Source: Minisyncoccota bacterium
Lineage (GTDB): Bacteria > Patescibacteriota > Minisyncoccia > Phycocordibacterales > SBAW01
Direction: 5' to 3'
DNA: 64,000 bases
Assembly: GCA_035546575.1 (NCBI GenBank)
Contig: DASZWN010000002.1
Location: 257,056-321,055, forward strand
Part shown: positions 49,937 through 59,270 of the stretch, one piece after another
How positions within the stretch are numbered: position 1 is the first letter of the stretch
Layout: every line of letters begins with the position of its first letter
Translations under genes and position numbers: made by a program
Notes under the pieces: generated by a model
Database searches by the model: none
What the model was told of the DNA's origin: nothing
Seen by the model: only the letters and a program-made list of their open reading frames with translations

Positions 49937-51124
49937 ATGAGCACCTCTTCATCATCTTCTCGCTCCCCGCATCGCGAAGCGTCCGCTTCATTCATTAAAC
50001 ACGCAAGCGAGGTGGCGAGTTTTTACGGATTCCGCCCCGTACGCGAGATCGAAAAGGAGCATCGTGCGCAATCAGATGTAAAAAATCAAAAACGCATGGG
50101 CCAGGGCGTCTACTCGTTCCAAAGCGCCGCACTTATCGGCGCCGCGCGCGCTGCGTCACGACCGCAAGACCCGGTACTCGCGTTTTATGCAACGCCCGTG
50201 CCAGAACATACCCCAAGTGCGGTACCTCAGCGCGAGGCTGGAGAATTTGGGCTCCAAGTAATTGGGACTCAGGAGAGCGTCGGCGAAATCGTGCTGCTTA
50301 AAACAATTACTATGATCGCCTCTGAATGGGGCACGCCGCTTATGAAAGTGCGCGTCAACGCGCTAGGCGACAAAGACTCTCAGCAGCGCTTCGCGCGCGA
50401 GCTGGGCGGCTACCTGCGCAAACATCTCGACGAGATCGACGAGGCGCTCCGGCGCGGCGTGATGGACGATCCATTCTCGTTTTACCGGATAGGTACGCAG
50501 GTGAGCCGCGATATTCTGGCCGAGGGTCCGCGGCCGATGCATTTCCTTTCAGAAAAGAGCCGCGTGCATTTCCGCTCGGTGCTTGAACATCTCGAGCATC
50601 TTGGCGTGCCGTATGAGCTTGACGATCTTTTAGGCGGCGACGAGCGTGGGCCGCATATTGCCTTTGCGCTCGATTTTGCCGAGGGAGACACGACCATTTT
50701 GGGCGCGCTTGGCGGCCGTTTTGACGAGTACCTTAAACGCGAAACGCATCGCAAAGACTCCGCGGGCGCGGGCGCTTCAATCTACTTCCGCAAAAAGGGC
50801 GCGAACAAGACAAACTTTATGGCGCAGGTGCCGCCGATCAAGCCGAAGATATACTTCGCCCAGCTCGGGCTGCGCGCCAAACTGCAGGGACTCGCCGTTG
50901 TAGATATGCTTCGAGTTGCTCATGTACCGGTGCTCCAATCGTTTGACGCCGCTCGGCTCTCCAACCAGCTTGCTACCGCAGCGCAGCTTGGAGTCTCTCA
51001 CCTGTTTATTATGGGCCAGCGCGAGGCTCTGGACGGCACTATAATTGTGCGCTCGACCCGAAACAGCTCGCAGAACATCATTAGCCTAAACGACGTACCC
51101 CGCTTCCTGCGCAGCTTGCGCTAG
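49937..51124 (+). CDS. Histidyl-tRNA synthetase-like protein (degenerate)
   Basis: ASFYGF, VRVNALGD, GGRFD and C-terminal anticodon-binding domain (SNQLATAAQLGVSHLFIMGQRE). Confidence 0.65.
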   Translation: MSTSSSSSRSPHREASASFIKHASEVASFYGFRPVREIEKEHRAQSDVKNQKRMGQGVYSFQSAALIGAARAASRPQDPVLAFYATPVPEHTPSAVPQREAGEFGLQVIGTQESVGEIVLLKTITMIASEWGTPLMKVRVNALGDKDSQQRFARELGGYLRKHLDEIDEALRRGVMDDPFSFYRIGTQVSRDILAEGPRPMHFLSEKSRVHFRSVLEHLEHLGVPYELDDLLGGDERGPHIAFALDFAEGDTTILGALGGRFDEYLKRETHRKDSAGAGASIYFRKKGANKTNFMAQVPPIKPKIYFAQLGLRAKLQGLAVVDMLRVAHVPVLQSFDAARLSNQLATAAQLGVSHLFIMGQREALDGTIIVRSTRNSSQNIISLNDVPRFLRSLR

Positions 51125-51155
51125 CCCTAAGCGCGTGCTATTCTAGAGTCCACAT

Positions 51156-51410
51156 ATGGCAGTAAACGCAGAGGTCAAGAAGAACGATGGCGAGACGGCG
51201 GTAAACCTGATCCGCCGCTTTTCTAAGCGCGTACAAGGCGCCCAGGTGCTTGTACGTATGCGCTCACGCCGCTACTACTCGCGCCTTAAGTCTCCGGCAG
51301 TTACTCGCAAACACGCTCTCAAGGTATTGCGCCGCCGCGAGGAAATCCAGGAGCTCATCAAGCTCGGCAAACTCGTTGAGCGCATGCCAGGCGAGCGCCG
51401 CCCTCGATAA
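51156..51410 (+). CDS. rpsU: 30S ribosomal protein S21-like
   Basis: EVKKNDGETAVNLIRRFSKRVQ...RRYY. Confidence 0.75.
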   Translation: MAVNAEVKKNDGETAVNLIRRFSKRVQGAQVLVRMRSRRYYSRLKSPAVTRKHALKVLRRREEIQELIKLGKLVERMPGERRPR

Positions 51411-51424
51411 CTTCCTACTCCCGC

Positions 51425-51826
51425 ATGGGGTCAACTTTTTCTCTCAGTAATAAGACGCGCAGGAACCTCCCTCGCGTCCCTTTTCGTCTTATAAAAGAAA
51501 GCATACTCGGTAAAGAGTATGATCTTTCTGTGGCACTGGTCCCGCCGGCCCAGATGCGCTCGATAACCCTCAAGACAAAAAACAAAGACAAAGTTTCTAA
51601 CGTACTGTCGTTCCCGCTCACCGAAAACTCCGGCGAAATACTCATCTGTCCAACGGCCGCAGCTCCGTATACGGTTGGCTATTTGTTTATCCACGGTTGT
51701 CTGCACCTTAAGGGCCATAAACATAGTGATACAATGGAGCGCATTGAGCACGCCCTGCTTAAGCGCTTCGAGCTATGCAAAAAATCGTCACAGGAATCGA
51801 CATCGGCACGTACCAGGTCAAGGTAG
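51425..51826 (+). CDS. ybeY: rRNA maturation RNase YbeY
   Basis: SNVLSFP, GEILIC and IHGCLHLKGHKH. Confidence 0.88.
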   Translation: MGSTFSLSNKTRRNLPRVPFRLIKESILGKEYDLSVALVPPAQMRSITLKTKNKDKVSNVLSFPLTENSGEILICPTAAAPYTVGYLFIHGCLHLKGHKHSDTMERIEHALLKRFELCKKSSQESTSARTRSR

Positions 51827-52953
51827 TTATTGCCGCACGTCCGGAGCATCACGGCGAGCCTCCAAAAATCCTCGGTACCGGCTACGCGGAGAGCCGCGGC
51901 ATGAAGCAGGGCTACATACTCTCGATCCCCGAAGTCTCTCGCTCCATAGCCGCAGCAGTTGTACAAGCCTCTAAAGCCGCGCAGGTAAAGGTGAAGCGCG
52001 CTTACATCGGGATCGGCGGCGTTGGGCTGGACGAGGCCTTCTCGCGGGGCGAGACGGTTGTTGAGCGCGGCGACTCGGAGATCAGCTATCGCGACACTAC
52101 GCGGGTACTCTCGGCTGCCGAGGGCGCACTTTCGCCTGCCGCGCTCCTTAATCGCAAAGTACTGCACACCATTCCCCTGCGCTACTCGGTAGACGGCGTG
52201 CGCGTGATGGGCCGCTCGCCTATCGGCATGAAGGGCATGCGGCTCTCCGCTGAGACGCTTTTTATCACGTGTCTCGACAGGCACGTAAACGACCTCGTTG
52301 CCGCAGTGGAGGAAGCCGGGATCGAGGTCGAGGACATTGCAGCCTCGCCGCTTGCGGCAAGTTTTGTCGCACTTTCAAAGATGCAGAAGCGCGTCGGCTG
52401 CGTGCTCGCAAACATCGGGTCCGAAACACTTTCGATAATCGTATTTGAGGACGGCATTCCGATTTCGGTACGCGTGTTCCCTGTGGGCGCGGCCGACATT
52501 ACGCACGACATCGCGCTCGGTCTGCGCATTTCTCCCGAAGATGCCGAGCAGCTCAAACAAGGCGCTGTGTTGGGGGCCCCGTTTCCGCAGCGCAAGATCG
52601 ACGATCTCATCTCGCGCCGCGTGTCCGACATGTTTAAGCTGGTTGAAGCGCAGCTCAAAAAAATCGGCAAGAACGAGCTCCTGCCGGCTGGCATTGTGCT
52701 CACGGGCGGCGGCTCATCAGTCCAGACTATTTCCGATCTTGCAAAAGCAGTGCTGCGCCTCCCCTCGCGCGTCGCATCGCTCTCCGAGGGCGTCGGCTCA
52801 AAAGTACATCTCAAAGACGGCTCATGGGCGGTAGCCTACGGCCTTACTATATGGGGCTTTACCCAAGGCGAAGACGGCGAGGGTTCGCCGGGCGCCGGTT
52901 TGCGCGACGTACTGCGCATGTTTGTGCATTGGCTCCAGAAGTTCCTGCCGTAG
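51775..52953 (+). CDS. ftsA: Cell division protein FtsA
   Basis: GIDIGTYQVKV, DITHDIA, AEQLK and GIVLTGGGS. Confidence 0.93.
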   Translation: MQKIVTGIDIGTYQVKVVIAARPEHHGEPPKILGTGYAESRGMKQGYILSIPEVSRSIAAAVVQASKAAQVKVKRAYIGIGGVGLDEAFSRGETVVERGDSEISYRDTTRVLSAAEGALSPAALLNRKVLHTIPLRYSVDGVRVMGRSPIGMKGMRLSAETLFITCLDRHVNDLVAAVEEAGIEVEDIAASPLAASFVALSKMQKRVGCVLANIGSETLSIIVFEDGIPISVRVFPVGAADITHDIALGLRISPEDAEQLKQGAVLGAPFPQRKIDDLISRRVSDMFKLVEAQLKKIGKNELLPAGIVLTGGGSSVQTISDLAKAVLRLPSRVASLSEGVGSKVHLKDGSWAVAYGLTIWGFTQGEDGEGSPGAGLRDVLRMFVHWLQKFLP

Positions 52954-52983
52954 TAGACAGAACAAAAGAGTAAAAAGTCAAAC

Positions 52984-53003
52984 CCTGCCTGCCGGCAGGC
53001 AGG
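52984..53003. repeat. 20-bp palindrome family A, copy 8 (between ftsA and ftsZ)
   Basis: CCTGCCTGCCGGCAGGCAGG within a 30-bp perfect palindrome at 52979-53008. Confidence 0.95.
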
Positions 53004-53152
53004 GTTTGCATTATAGGCAGGGGTGGTATACTTCTACAACTGCTCTTCTATAGTCTCCTCACGTGTTACAGCGGTGCAAAGAGCAATCTTTGCATCTCAC
53101 CTCGTGCGCGACTATACTAGGCGGCGCTACTTACCAAACACTTTTACACTTT

Positions 53153-54322
53153 ATGCCACAAGTACAACCAGACATTGAAGCATTCGCTCGGATCCGCGTC
53201 GTTGGTGTGGGCGGCTCTGGAAACAATGCGGTCAATCACATGGTTGAGGCAAAGGTCCGCGGCGTTGATTTTATCGCGGTCAATACCGACGCGCAGGATC
53301 TCCATCACAGCTTAGCCAAGAAAAAGATCCATATCGGCAAAAATTTAACGCGCGGTCTCGGCACCGGCATGAACCCAGAGTTGGGCAAGCGCGCCGCCGA
53401 CGAAACAAAAGAGGAAATCCAGCAGGCCATGAAGGGCAGCGACATGGTGTTTGTAGCCGGCGGCATGGGCGGCGGCACGGGCACGGGCGCCGCGCCGGTT
53501 GTCGCAAAAACAGCTAAAGAGTCCGGAGCGCTCACCGTTGCGGTGGTTACCAAACCATTCTCATTTGAGGGCGCGCAGCGCCTGCGCTTGGCTGAGCAGG
53601 GTCTCGACGAGCTCAGAAAAGAGGTGGACGCGCTTATCGTGATCCCCAACGACCGCTTACTTGCAACCGTTGCAAAAGAGACAACGCTTAAAGACGCATT
53701 TGCGATGTGCGACGATGTGCTCAAACAAGCGGTCGAGGGTATTTCCGATCTCATCACCAACCCAGGTATTATAAACGTCGACTTTGCCGATGTACGCGCG
53801 GTTATGGAAAACTCCGGTTCGGCGCTCATGGGTATCGGCATCGCTTCGGGTGAGAATCGCGCGCAAGCTGCAGCACAGGCAGCGGTCTCTTCTCCTCTTC
53901 TTGAGCTTTCGATCAACGGCGCAAAAGGTGTCTTGTTTGCTATCGCAGGCGGCGAGGACCTCGGCATGGTCGAGGTACACGAGGCGGCAAAGATCATCAC
54001 CGAGTCGGTCGACCCGAATGCAAAGATCATCTTTGGCGCCATCAAGGACGACAAGCTCAAAAAGAACGAGATCCGCGTAACGGTTATCGCAACCGGCTTC
54101 CCTGCTGCTGGCATCAACCCGCGCGGTACGCAGCTCTTCACCTTCTCGCGCGAGAAGGATAAGGAAGCAGATGCGCAACCGCTCGGTAAGATCTACAACG
54201 CTCCAGCTATGCCGATTAAGGACGAAAAGGCCGACTCTAACACCAAACCAAAACCCGAGGATAAAGAAGAGGACGATTGGGGCGCTGTCCCTTCGTTTTT
54301 GCGAAGACCTAAGATTAAATAA
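53153..54322 (+). CDS. ftsZ: Cell division protein FtsZ
   Basis: [27 protein letters not shown] and C-terminal VPSFLRR. Confidence 0.98.
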   Translation: MPQVQPDIEAFARIRVVGVGGSGNNAVNHMVEAKVRGVDFIAVNTDAQDLHHSLAKKKIHIGKNLTRGLGTGMNPELGKRAADETKEEIQQAMKGSDMVFVAGGMGGGTGTGAAPVVAKTAKESGALTVAVVTKPFSFEGAQRLRLAEQGLDELRKEVDALIVIPNDRLLATVAKETTLKDAFAMCDDVLKQAVEGISDLITNPGIINVDFADVRAVMENSGSALMGIGIASGENRAQAAAQAAVSSPLLELSINGAKGVLFAIAGGEDLGMVEVHEAAKIITESVDPNAKIIFGAIKDDKLKKNEIRVTVIATGFPAAGINPRGTQLFTFSREKDKEADAQPLGKIYNAPAMPIKDEKADSNTKPKPEDKEEDDWGAVPSFLRRPKIK

Positions 54323-54339
54323 AAGGAAAACCCCGGCCA

Positions 54340-55116
54340 TTAGGTCGGGGTTTTTTCTTGTGCTACCGGATCTTTCAGAAGATGCCAGGCATCTTCGTAC
54401 TGAAGAATATCAATTCGAGGAGCTGTCCCACCCCTTGCCTTCTTGCGCATGAGGCGGATGTTAACCATTGTCCTGACTTCTCCATTCGCAAACATACTCT
54501 TTTGGATCTGTTCGGTTGGAACGACAAAGAAGCGTACTGGATAATCAGGAATTAACACAAGAAAGATCGCGAATTTAACTTTAGCTACCGAAGACTTGAA
54601 GATTGCATATCGCGCGTATGCTTGGTTGCCTCGAACAACTCGGTGTTGCGTATTTGCATAAAAGAGTACGCACGAAATCCAATTTATTCGAAAGAAACGA
54701 GCCATCGGCAGCCATTCCGCGGCATGGTCCGAATACCAGGTCTTGTTACGGACAACGAAACCTTCTTTTTCTGCACGATTCTTAAGCGTTAGCACATATT
54801 CCCGTTGATTAGGCCCTTGTTCTGCTGCTTGCTTACGCCGATTGCGCTTGATAGCGGCCACGTGGAGCCGTCTCTCCATACCGCTACGATTGTCGCAAAA
54901 CGGTTTAAAAAGCAGGTAGAGATTTTCTATGTACCTCACAGAGACATGCATCTTCTGCGCTATCTCCACAAAAGAAAAGACTCCACGATACAGGAAGAAA
55001 AGCGTGTCAAAAAGACCGTGGACTTTCGTTCCTTTTCGAAATCGCCTTTCGTAAGCTTCCCTAGCCTTCCTCACCTCCGGATGATCAAGGGTGAAGTCTG
55101 GGATATTTTGACCCAT
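54340..55116 (-). CDS. Hypothetical basic protein, possible N-terminal HTH
   Basis: SD AGAGAGG before MGQNIP; SFVEIAQKMHVSVRYIE. Confidence 0.55.
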   Translation of the reverse strand: MGQNIPDFTLDHPEVRKAREAYERRFRKGTKVHGLFDTLFFLYRGVFSFVEIAQKMHVSVRYIENLYLLFKPFCDNRSGMERRLHVAAIKRNRRKQAAEQGPNQREYVLTLKNRAEKEGFVVRNKTWYSDHAAEWLPMARFFRINWISCVLFYANTQHRVVRGNQAYARYAIFKSSVAKVKFAIFLVLIPDYPVRFFVVPTEQIQKSMFANGEVRTMVNIRLMRKKARGGTAPRIDILQYEDAWHLLKDPVAQEKTPT

Positions 55117-55185
55117 AGCTATCCTCTCTTGGCTTGTGTCGGTCCTTCTATTGGAGTTTTTAGCACAAAACGATATGCTATAGCA

Positions 55186-56232
55186 ATGTATGACCTTGCG
55201 ATTGTTGGTGGCGGCCCTGCGGGGGTTGCCGCTGGAGTATATGCCGCCCGCAAAAAACTCAAAACTGTTTTTATCGCAGAGCAGATAGGCGGCCAGAGCA
55301 TGGACTCGGTCGATATTCAAAACTGGATCGGCACGCAGCACATAAGCGGCATGGGGCTCGCCAAACAGCTCGAGATGCACCTGCATGCGTACGCGGCGGA
55401 TGTTGTCGACATGCACCTGGGCGAGCGCGCGCAAAAGGCGCAGAAGATTGATGGAGGATTTTCTATAACTACAGGCAAAGGCACCTACGATGCAAAGGCG
55501 CTCCTTGTCGCAACCGGCGGCATGCGCCGCAAGCTCGATATTTCTACTGCCGCACCATTTGAGAACAAGGGCCTCACCTACTGTGCCTCTTGCGATGGGC
55601 CGCTTTTCTCGGGCCAAGACGCAGTAGTAGTGGGCGGCGGCAACGCCGCGTTTGAGACTGCCGCCCAGCTTTTGGCCTACTGTAAAAGCGTCACGCTTAT
55701 CGCACGCAGCGACTTTGCTAAAGCAGATGCCGCAACGGTAGACGCGGTGCTCGCACACCCAAACATGAAGGCGCTTCAATACACGGTGCCGGTTGAGGTA
55801 AAAGGAGAGATGTTTGTCTCGGGACTTGTTGTAAAAAATACGCAGACAAACGAGCAAAGCGAGTTGCCGGTAGCTGGTATTTTTGTCGAGATAGGTATGT
55901 TGCCATCAACCGATTGGGTAAAAGACCTCGTAAAACTAGATGAGTATGCTCGCGTGGTAGTGGATGCAAGAAATCAGCGCACATATGGAGTTGTAACTCC
56001 AAAAAATTCTTCGGATGCAAGGCGCGGGGAAAGCGGAGAGGGAGACGTACTGAATGGTGCGGCGACCGAGACGCAGGAGCCCCGCAACGCCGCAGCCGGT
56101 GAATTTTTTGGAGTTTGGGCTGCGGGCGATTGTACTGATGAGTTATATCACCAGAACAACATCGCCGCAGGCGATGCCGTAAAGGCGCTTGAGGATATCT
56201 ACTACTGGGTTAAGCAGCAAAAAAGTAAATAA
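55186..56232 (+). CDS. trxB: Thioredoxin reductase-like FAD oxidoreductase (about 40-aa insertion)
   Basis: IVGGGPAG, GLTYCASCDG, VVGGGNAA and GVWAAGD. Confidence 0.93.
   Translation: MYDLAIVGGGPAGVAAGVYAARKKLKTVFIAEQIGGQSMDSVDIQNWIGTQHISGMGLAKQLEMHLHAYAADVVDMHLGERAQKAQKIDGGFSITTGKGTYDAKALLVATGGMRRKLDISTAAPFENKGLTYCASCDGPLFSGQDAVVVGGGNAAFETAAQLLAYCKSVTLIARSDFAKADAATVDAVLAHPNMKALQYTVPVEVKGEMFVSGLVVKNTQTNEQSELPVAGIFVEIGMLPSTDWVKDLVKLDEYARVVVDARNQRTYGVVTPKNSSDARRGESGEGDVLNGAATETQEPRNAAAGEFFGVWAAGDCTDELYHQNNIAAGDAVKALEDIYYWVKQQKSK
55995..56115. repeat. Palindromic element inserted in frame in trxB
   Basis: 15-bp perfect IR AACTCCAAAAAATTC/GAATTTTTTGGAGTT around a GC-rich core. Confidence 0.8.
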
Positions 56233-56312
56233 AATAAAAAATCTAGGTGGGGGCGTGCCGTTTCGCGAAGCGAAATGGGGCTAAGGATTTTTTATTTTAT
56301 TTACTTTTTTGC
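56217..56312. repeat. 27-bp perfect inverted repeat overlapping the trxB 3' end, with a hairpin core
   Basis: GCAAAAAAGTAAATAAAATAAAAAATC and its reverse complement around CCGTTTCGC-GAA-GCGAAATGG. Confidence 0.85.
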
Positions 56313-56319
56313 CGGGCTT

Positions 56320-56823
56320 CTACCAAAAGCCGTGTTCGTTGCGCACGCCTGCGGCATACGCTTGTATGCGGCGGCGGTTTGCGGGAGAAATATCGAGCGG
56401 TAGATGCTCAATTTCAAAAAGTCCGCGATCCATCACCTCTAAGTTAGGCACAAAACGCATACTGCCCTCAAAGTCGTCCGTATAGAGCACGATCACCGAG
56501 TCGCGGCGCCCCATGCGGCCTTGGTAGACGCCCACTGCTCCGCCAAAGGTACGGATCGTGTAGCCTATCTCCTCTTTGACCTCGCGCTTACCAGCCTCGT
56601 TGGGAGTCTCGTCTTTGTGGATGCCGCCGCCTGGGAGCGTCCAGATGCCAGGGCTGAACCAATGCCGGATTAAAACCACGCGGCCGTCGCGCACCAATAT
56701 GACGCGTACGCCTTTAACGTCCTCCTGGCTGCCAAATGTGTGCAGCAGCCAGTAGCGCGCGACATATGCGCACCATTCAATGGCGAGAGACAAATAAAAA
56801 AAGACCCGTTTGATATAGCTCAT
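56320..56823 (-). CDS. NUDIX hydrolase
   Basis: LPGGGIHKDETPNEAGKREVKEEIG. Confidence 0.88.
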   Translation of the reverse strand: MSYIKRVFFYLSLAIEWCAYVARYWLLHTFGSQEDVKGVRVILVRDGRVVLIRHWFSPGIWTLPGGGIHKDETPNEAGKREVKEEIGYTIRTFGGAVGVYQGRMGRRDSVIVLYTDDFEGSMRFVPNLEVMDRGLFEIEHLPLDISPANRRRIQAYAAGVRNEHGFW

Positions 56824-56980
56824 AGGGGTAGGCACTAACGATACTCGGTTTTAGGGGTGGTGGCTAGGTTAGAAAAACTTTGCAAATTTAACTACCTGTG
56901 GTATAGTATCTTCAGCGTTGGACTTTTAATAACCGAACTACGGCGGCACTCCGTAGAATCGTACACAAAGGGAGATTCTT

Positions 56981-57505
56981 ATGAATCGGAGGCAATTTCT
57001 GGTCTCTGGCGGTTCGTTGTTCGCGCTTGCGCTTGGTCCGTCGATAACGATGGCTGTGCCGGTCGCACCGTTCGTACCGCCGACAACCAACATCGTGCAT
57101 CTCGCCGGCCGGATCGCCAGTCTATACTCGATTCCTTCCGACGACCTTCTCCATATACTGGGTCTCAACCCGGATCAGGTCGAGAAGGTAAAGGAGGAAG
57201 CCGCGCAAGCTATATACGCCGACGAAAACAGAAATTGGTTGAACCCTGAAAAGGCTCAATACTACGCTGAATTGGACGGGGTGCATTCGCTCGCCGAAGG
57301 CGGCAACCAGGATATCTACGAGCGAGCCCGGCTGGTGATCGATATCAAACGCAAGATGAACACGCGCTTCAACTTCGATCGCGTGCTGCAGACCGACTGG
57401 CTGTATTGGACTAATCCGCATCTGAAGGGCATGACCTTTCACGAGGTCATGAAGGCCGACCTGCGTTTAGCAGCGGAGGTCGTCGATCTGGCTTTGCAGG
57501 GTTAA
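56981..57505 (+). CDS. Hypothetical protein with twin-arginine-type signal
   Basis: MNRRQFLVSGG; SD GGGAG; terminator after. Confidence 0.6.
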   Translation: MNRRQFLVSGGSLFALALGPSITMAVPVAPFVPPTTNIVHLAGRIASLYSIPSDDLLHILGLNPDQVEKVKEEAAQAIYADENRNWLNPEKAQYYAELDGVHSLAEGGNQDIYERARLVIDIKRKMNTRFNFDRVLQTDWLYWTNPHLKGMTFHEVMKADLRLAAEVVDLALQG

Positions 57506-57667
57506 CTGTAGGATCGAACGGGAGCATAGAGCGCACGACCGAAAGGTACGGCGCTCTCTTTTATTACACACGAGCACCGGGAGTATCTTCCACAAGTTTT
57601 TGCTCTACCCTGGCCCACAACTCAAGAAGCGTGCGTGAGCCACAATAATTTTCTCGCCGTCGCAAAA

Positions 57668-57810
57668 CTACCGGGAATCGGCTACAAGTCGAATTTTCTC
57701 GTCAGAAAATTCGCTCGCAGCCCCGACTCGCGGCCGTGCAAGTGCACGGCAACGCTCCGTCTTTCGATTCCCGGCCGCAAGCAACTCAAGTTGCTTGCTT
57801 AGGGTCAGCG
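57668..57810 (-). repeat. tRNA-downstream element family C, copy 2, with inverted and direct copies of the tRNA-Glu 3' end
   Basis: CTACCGGGAATCG repeated; TTCGATTCCCGG...TAGGGTCAGCG inverted; core matches 34047-34126. Confidence 0.8.
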
Positions 57811-57853
57811 TGCGAAAAAGGCCGCCCTATTGGCGGCATCTTTTTCTGTGCGC

Positions 57854-57925
57854 TGACCCTACCGGGAATCGAACCCGGATTAACGGCTTGAAAAGCCGGC
57901 GTCCTAACCGTTAGACGATAGGGCC
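57854..57925 (-). tRNA. tRNA-Glu(TTC)
   Basis: CCGGC-TTTTCAA-GCCGT. Confidence 0.93.
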
Positions 57926-57926
57926 G

Positions 57927-58013
57927 CGGAGAGGGAGAGATTCGAACTCTCGATCCAGTTTCCCAGATGCCGGTTTTCGAAACCGGTGCCTTCGACCACT
58001 CAGCCACCTCTCC
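57927..58013 (-). tRNA. tRNA-Ser(CGA)
   Basis: CCGGT-TTCGAAA-ACCGG; long variable arm. Confidence 0.95.
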
Positions 58014-58025
58014 ATATACTTCGTG

Positions 58026-58130
58026 TGGAGACCGCGCTTGGCGCGGCATGGGTAGCTGAGTGGTCCAGCCACTTCGTGTGCTGGCTCGAAAGAAAGCAGT
58101 TTCTTTCTCGCCCAGCTCAGCCACCTCTCC
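58026..58130 (-). repeat. Inverted and direct copies of the tRNA-Ser 5' end around hairpins
   Basis: 58116-58130 = 57999-58013; TGGAGA + GGTAGCTGAGTGGTC inverted copy split by a CCGCGC-TTG-GCGCGG hairpin. Confidence 0.8.
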
Positions 58131-58235
58131 CCGACGTCTTCGAACAGCAATCAAAGTACCATTTTTATACGTTTTCGGCAAAAAAGCGTTCAGTTGCCAG
58201 AAACTCAAAAACCCTTACACTTGTTCTACTTTTAT

Positions 58236-58913
58236 ATGCAAGCAGTGATTCTGGCAGCAGGAGAAGGAGTGCGCATGCGGCCGCTCACACTTGAGCGGCC
58301 TAAGCCGCTCATTGAAGTGGCTGGCATGCCGATACTCGAGCATGTCGTGCGTGCGCTACCTCAAGAAGTCGACCAGATCATTCTGGTTGTAAAATACATG
58401 CAGGAAAAAATCCGCAAGTACTGTGGCGATAACTTCTTTGGTAAGAAAATCACCTATGTTGAGCAGGGCGAACACAAAGGTACTGCTGCAGCACTTACTT
58501 ACGCAAAGCCGTTTTTAAAAGATCGTTTTCTTGTTACCTTTGCTGACGATATTTTGGCAAAACAAGACCTTGAAGAGCTTACTAAACATGAATATGCATG
58601 GCTGGTAACAGAAAGTGATACACCAGAGCGTTTTGGCGTCGTGTCGCTCAACCCCGACGGCACACTACGTACAATCATAGAAAAACCAGAACATCCGGAA
58701 ACAAATTTAATATCGACCGGCGTGGCAGTACTTACGCAAAAAATCTTTGACTACACACCGAGCAAAGACAAAGGCGAGCTTGGCATACCGGGAATGATCA
58801 CTGCATTGGCAAAAGACTTCCCTGTTGCTGTTGTAAAGGCCTCTTTTTGGCAACCAGTTGGATACATTGAACATATTGCAGTTGCAGAAACTGCTCTAGC
58901 AATACGTTCATAA
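58236..58913 (+). CDS. Sugar-phosphate nucleotidyltransferase
   Basis: AVILAAGEGVRMRPLT..PKPL; GTAAAL; IIEKP. Confidence 0.9.
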   Translation: MQAVILAAGEGVRMRPLTLERPKPLIEVAGMPILEHVVRALPQEVDQIILVVKYMQEKIRKYCGDNFFGKKITYVEQGEHKGTAAALTYAKPFLKDRFLVTFADDILAKQDLEELTKHEYAWLVTESDTPERFGVVSLNPDGTLRTIIEKPEHPETNLISTGVAVLTQKIFDYTPSKDKGELGIPGMITALAKDFPVAVVKASFWQPVGYIEHIAVAETALAIRS

Positions 58914-58989
58914 GAACTTAATAGAAGCTGCGTTAGCGTGAAGAAGTGGTTTAGTAAGCCACGCTTTAGCAGCATAACTTTTAACTCGT

Positions 58990-59211
58990 ATGAAACTTCT
59001 AAAGAAAACATTTCAGGTCAGTACTGCATCGCTTCTGGCATGGACCGTGGCTGGCATTGCCTCAGCACAAACTACAGCAACTACTACGCCGGGAGTACCC
59101 AACACTGGCGCGGGCGGCGACACGATTCTCAACCTCGTGATCCTCGCAATTGCGGCAGTGGTCGTTGCAGCAGGCGTAGCATTCCTCAGCTCTCGATGGG
59201 CACAGGTATAG
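58990..59211 (+). CDS. Very small sortase substrate (signal peptide + VPNTG + TM)
   Basis: ASA|QTTATTTPGVPNTGAGG followed by a hydrophobic tail; next to a sortase. Confidence 0.7.
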   Translation: MKLLKKTFQVSTASLLAWTVAGIASAQTTATTTPGVPNTGAGGDTILNLVILAIAAVVVAAGVAFLSSRWAQV

Positions 59212-59270
59212 CGTTTCTTTAAAAACAGCGGGTGCTCACAGCGGCACCCGCTGTTCGTCGTATCACAGCT

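Noticed and set aside
54340-56232. Extended, overlapping 505-aa and 475-aa ORFs
   Set aside because: True starts at 55116 (-) and 55186 (+) give two non-overlapping divergent genes; the same applies to the over-extended serS, parB, lepB, ftsZ and EEP ORFs.
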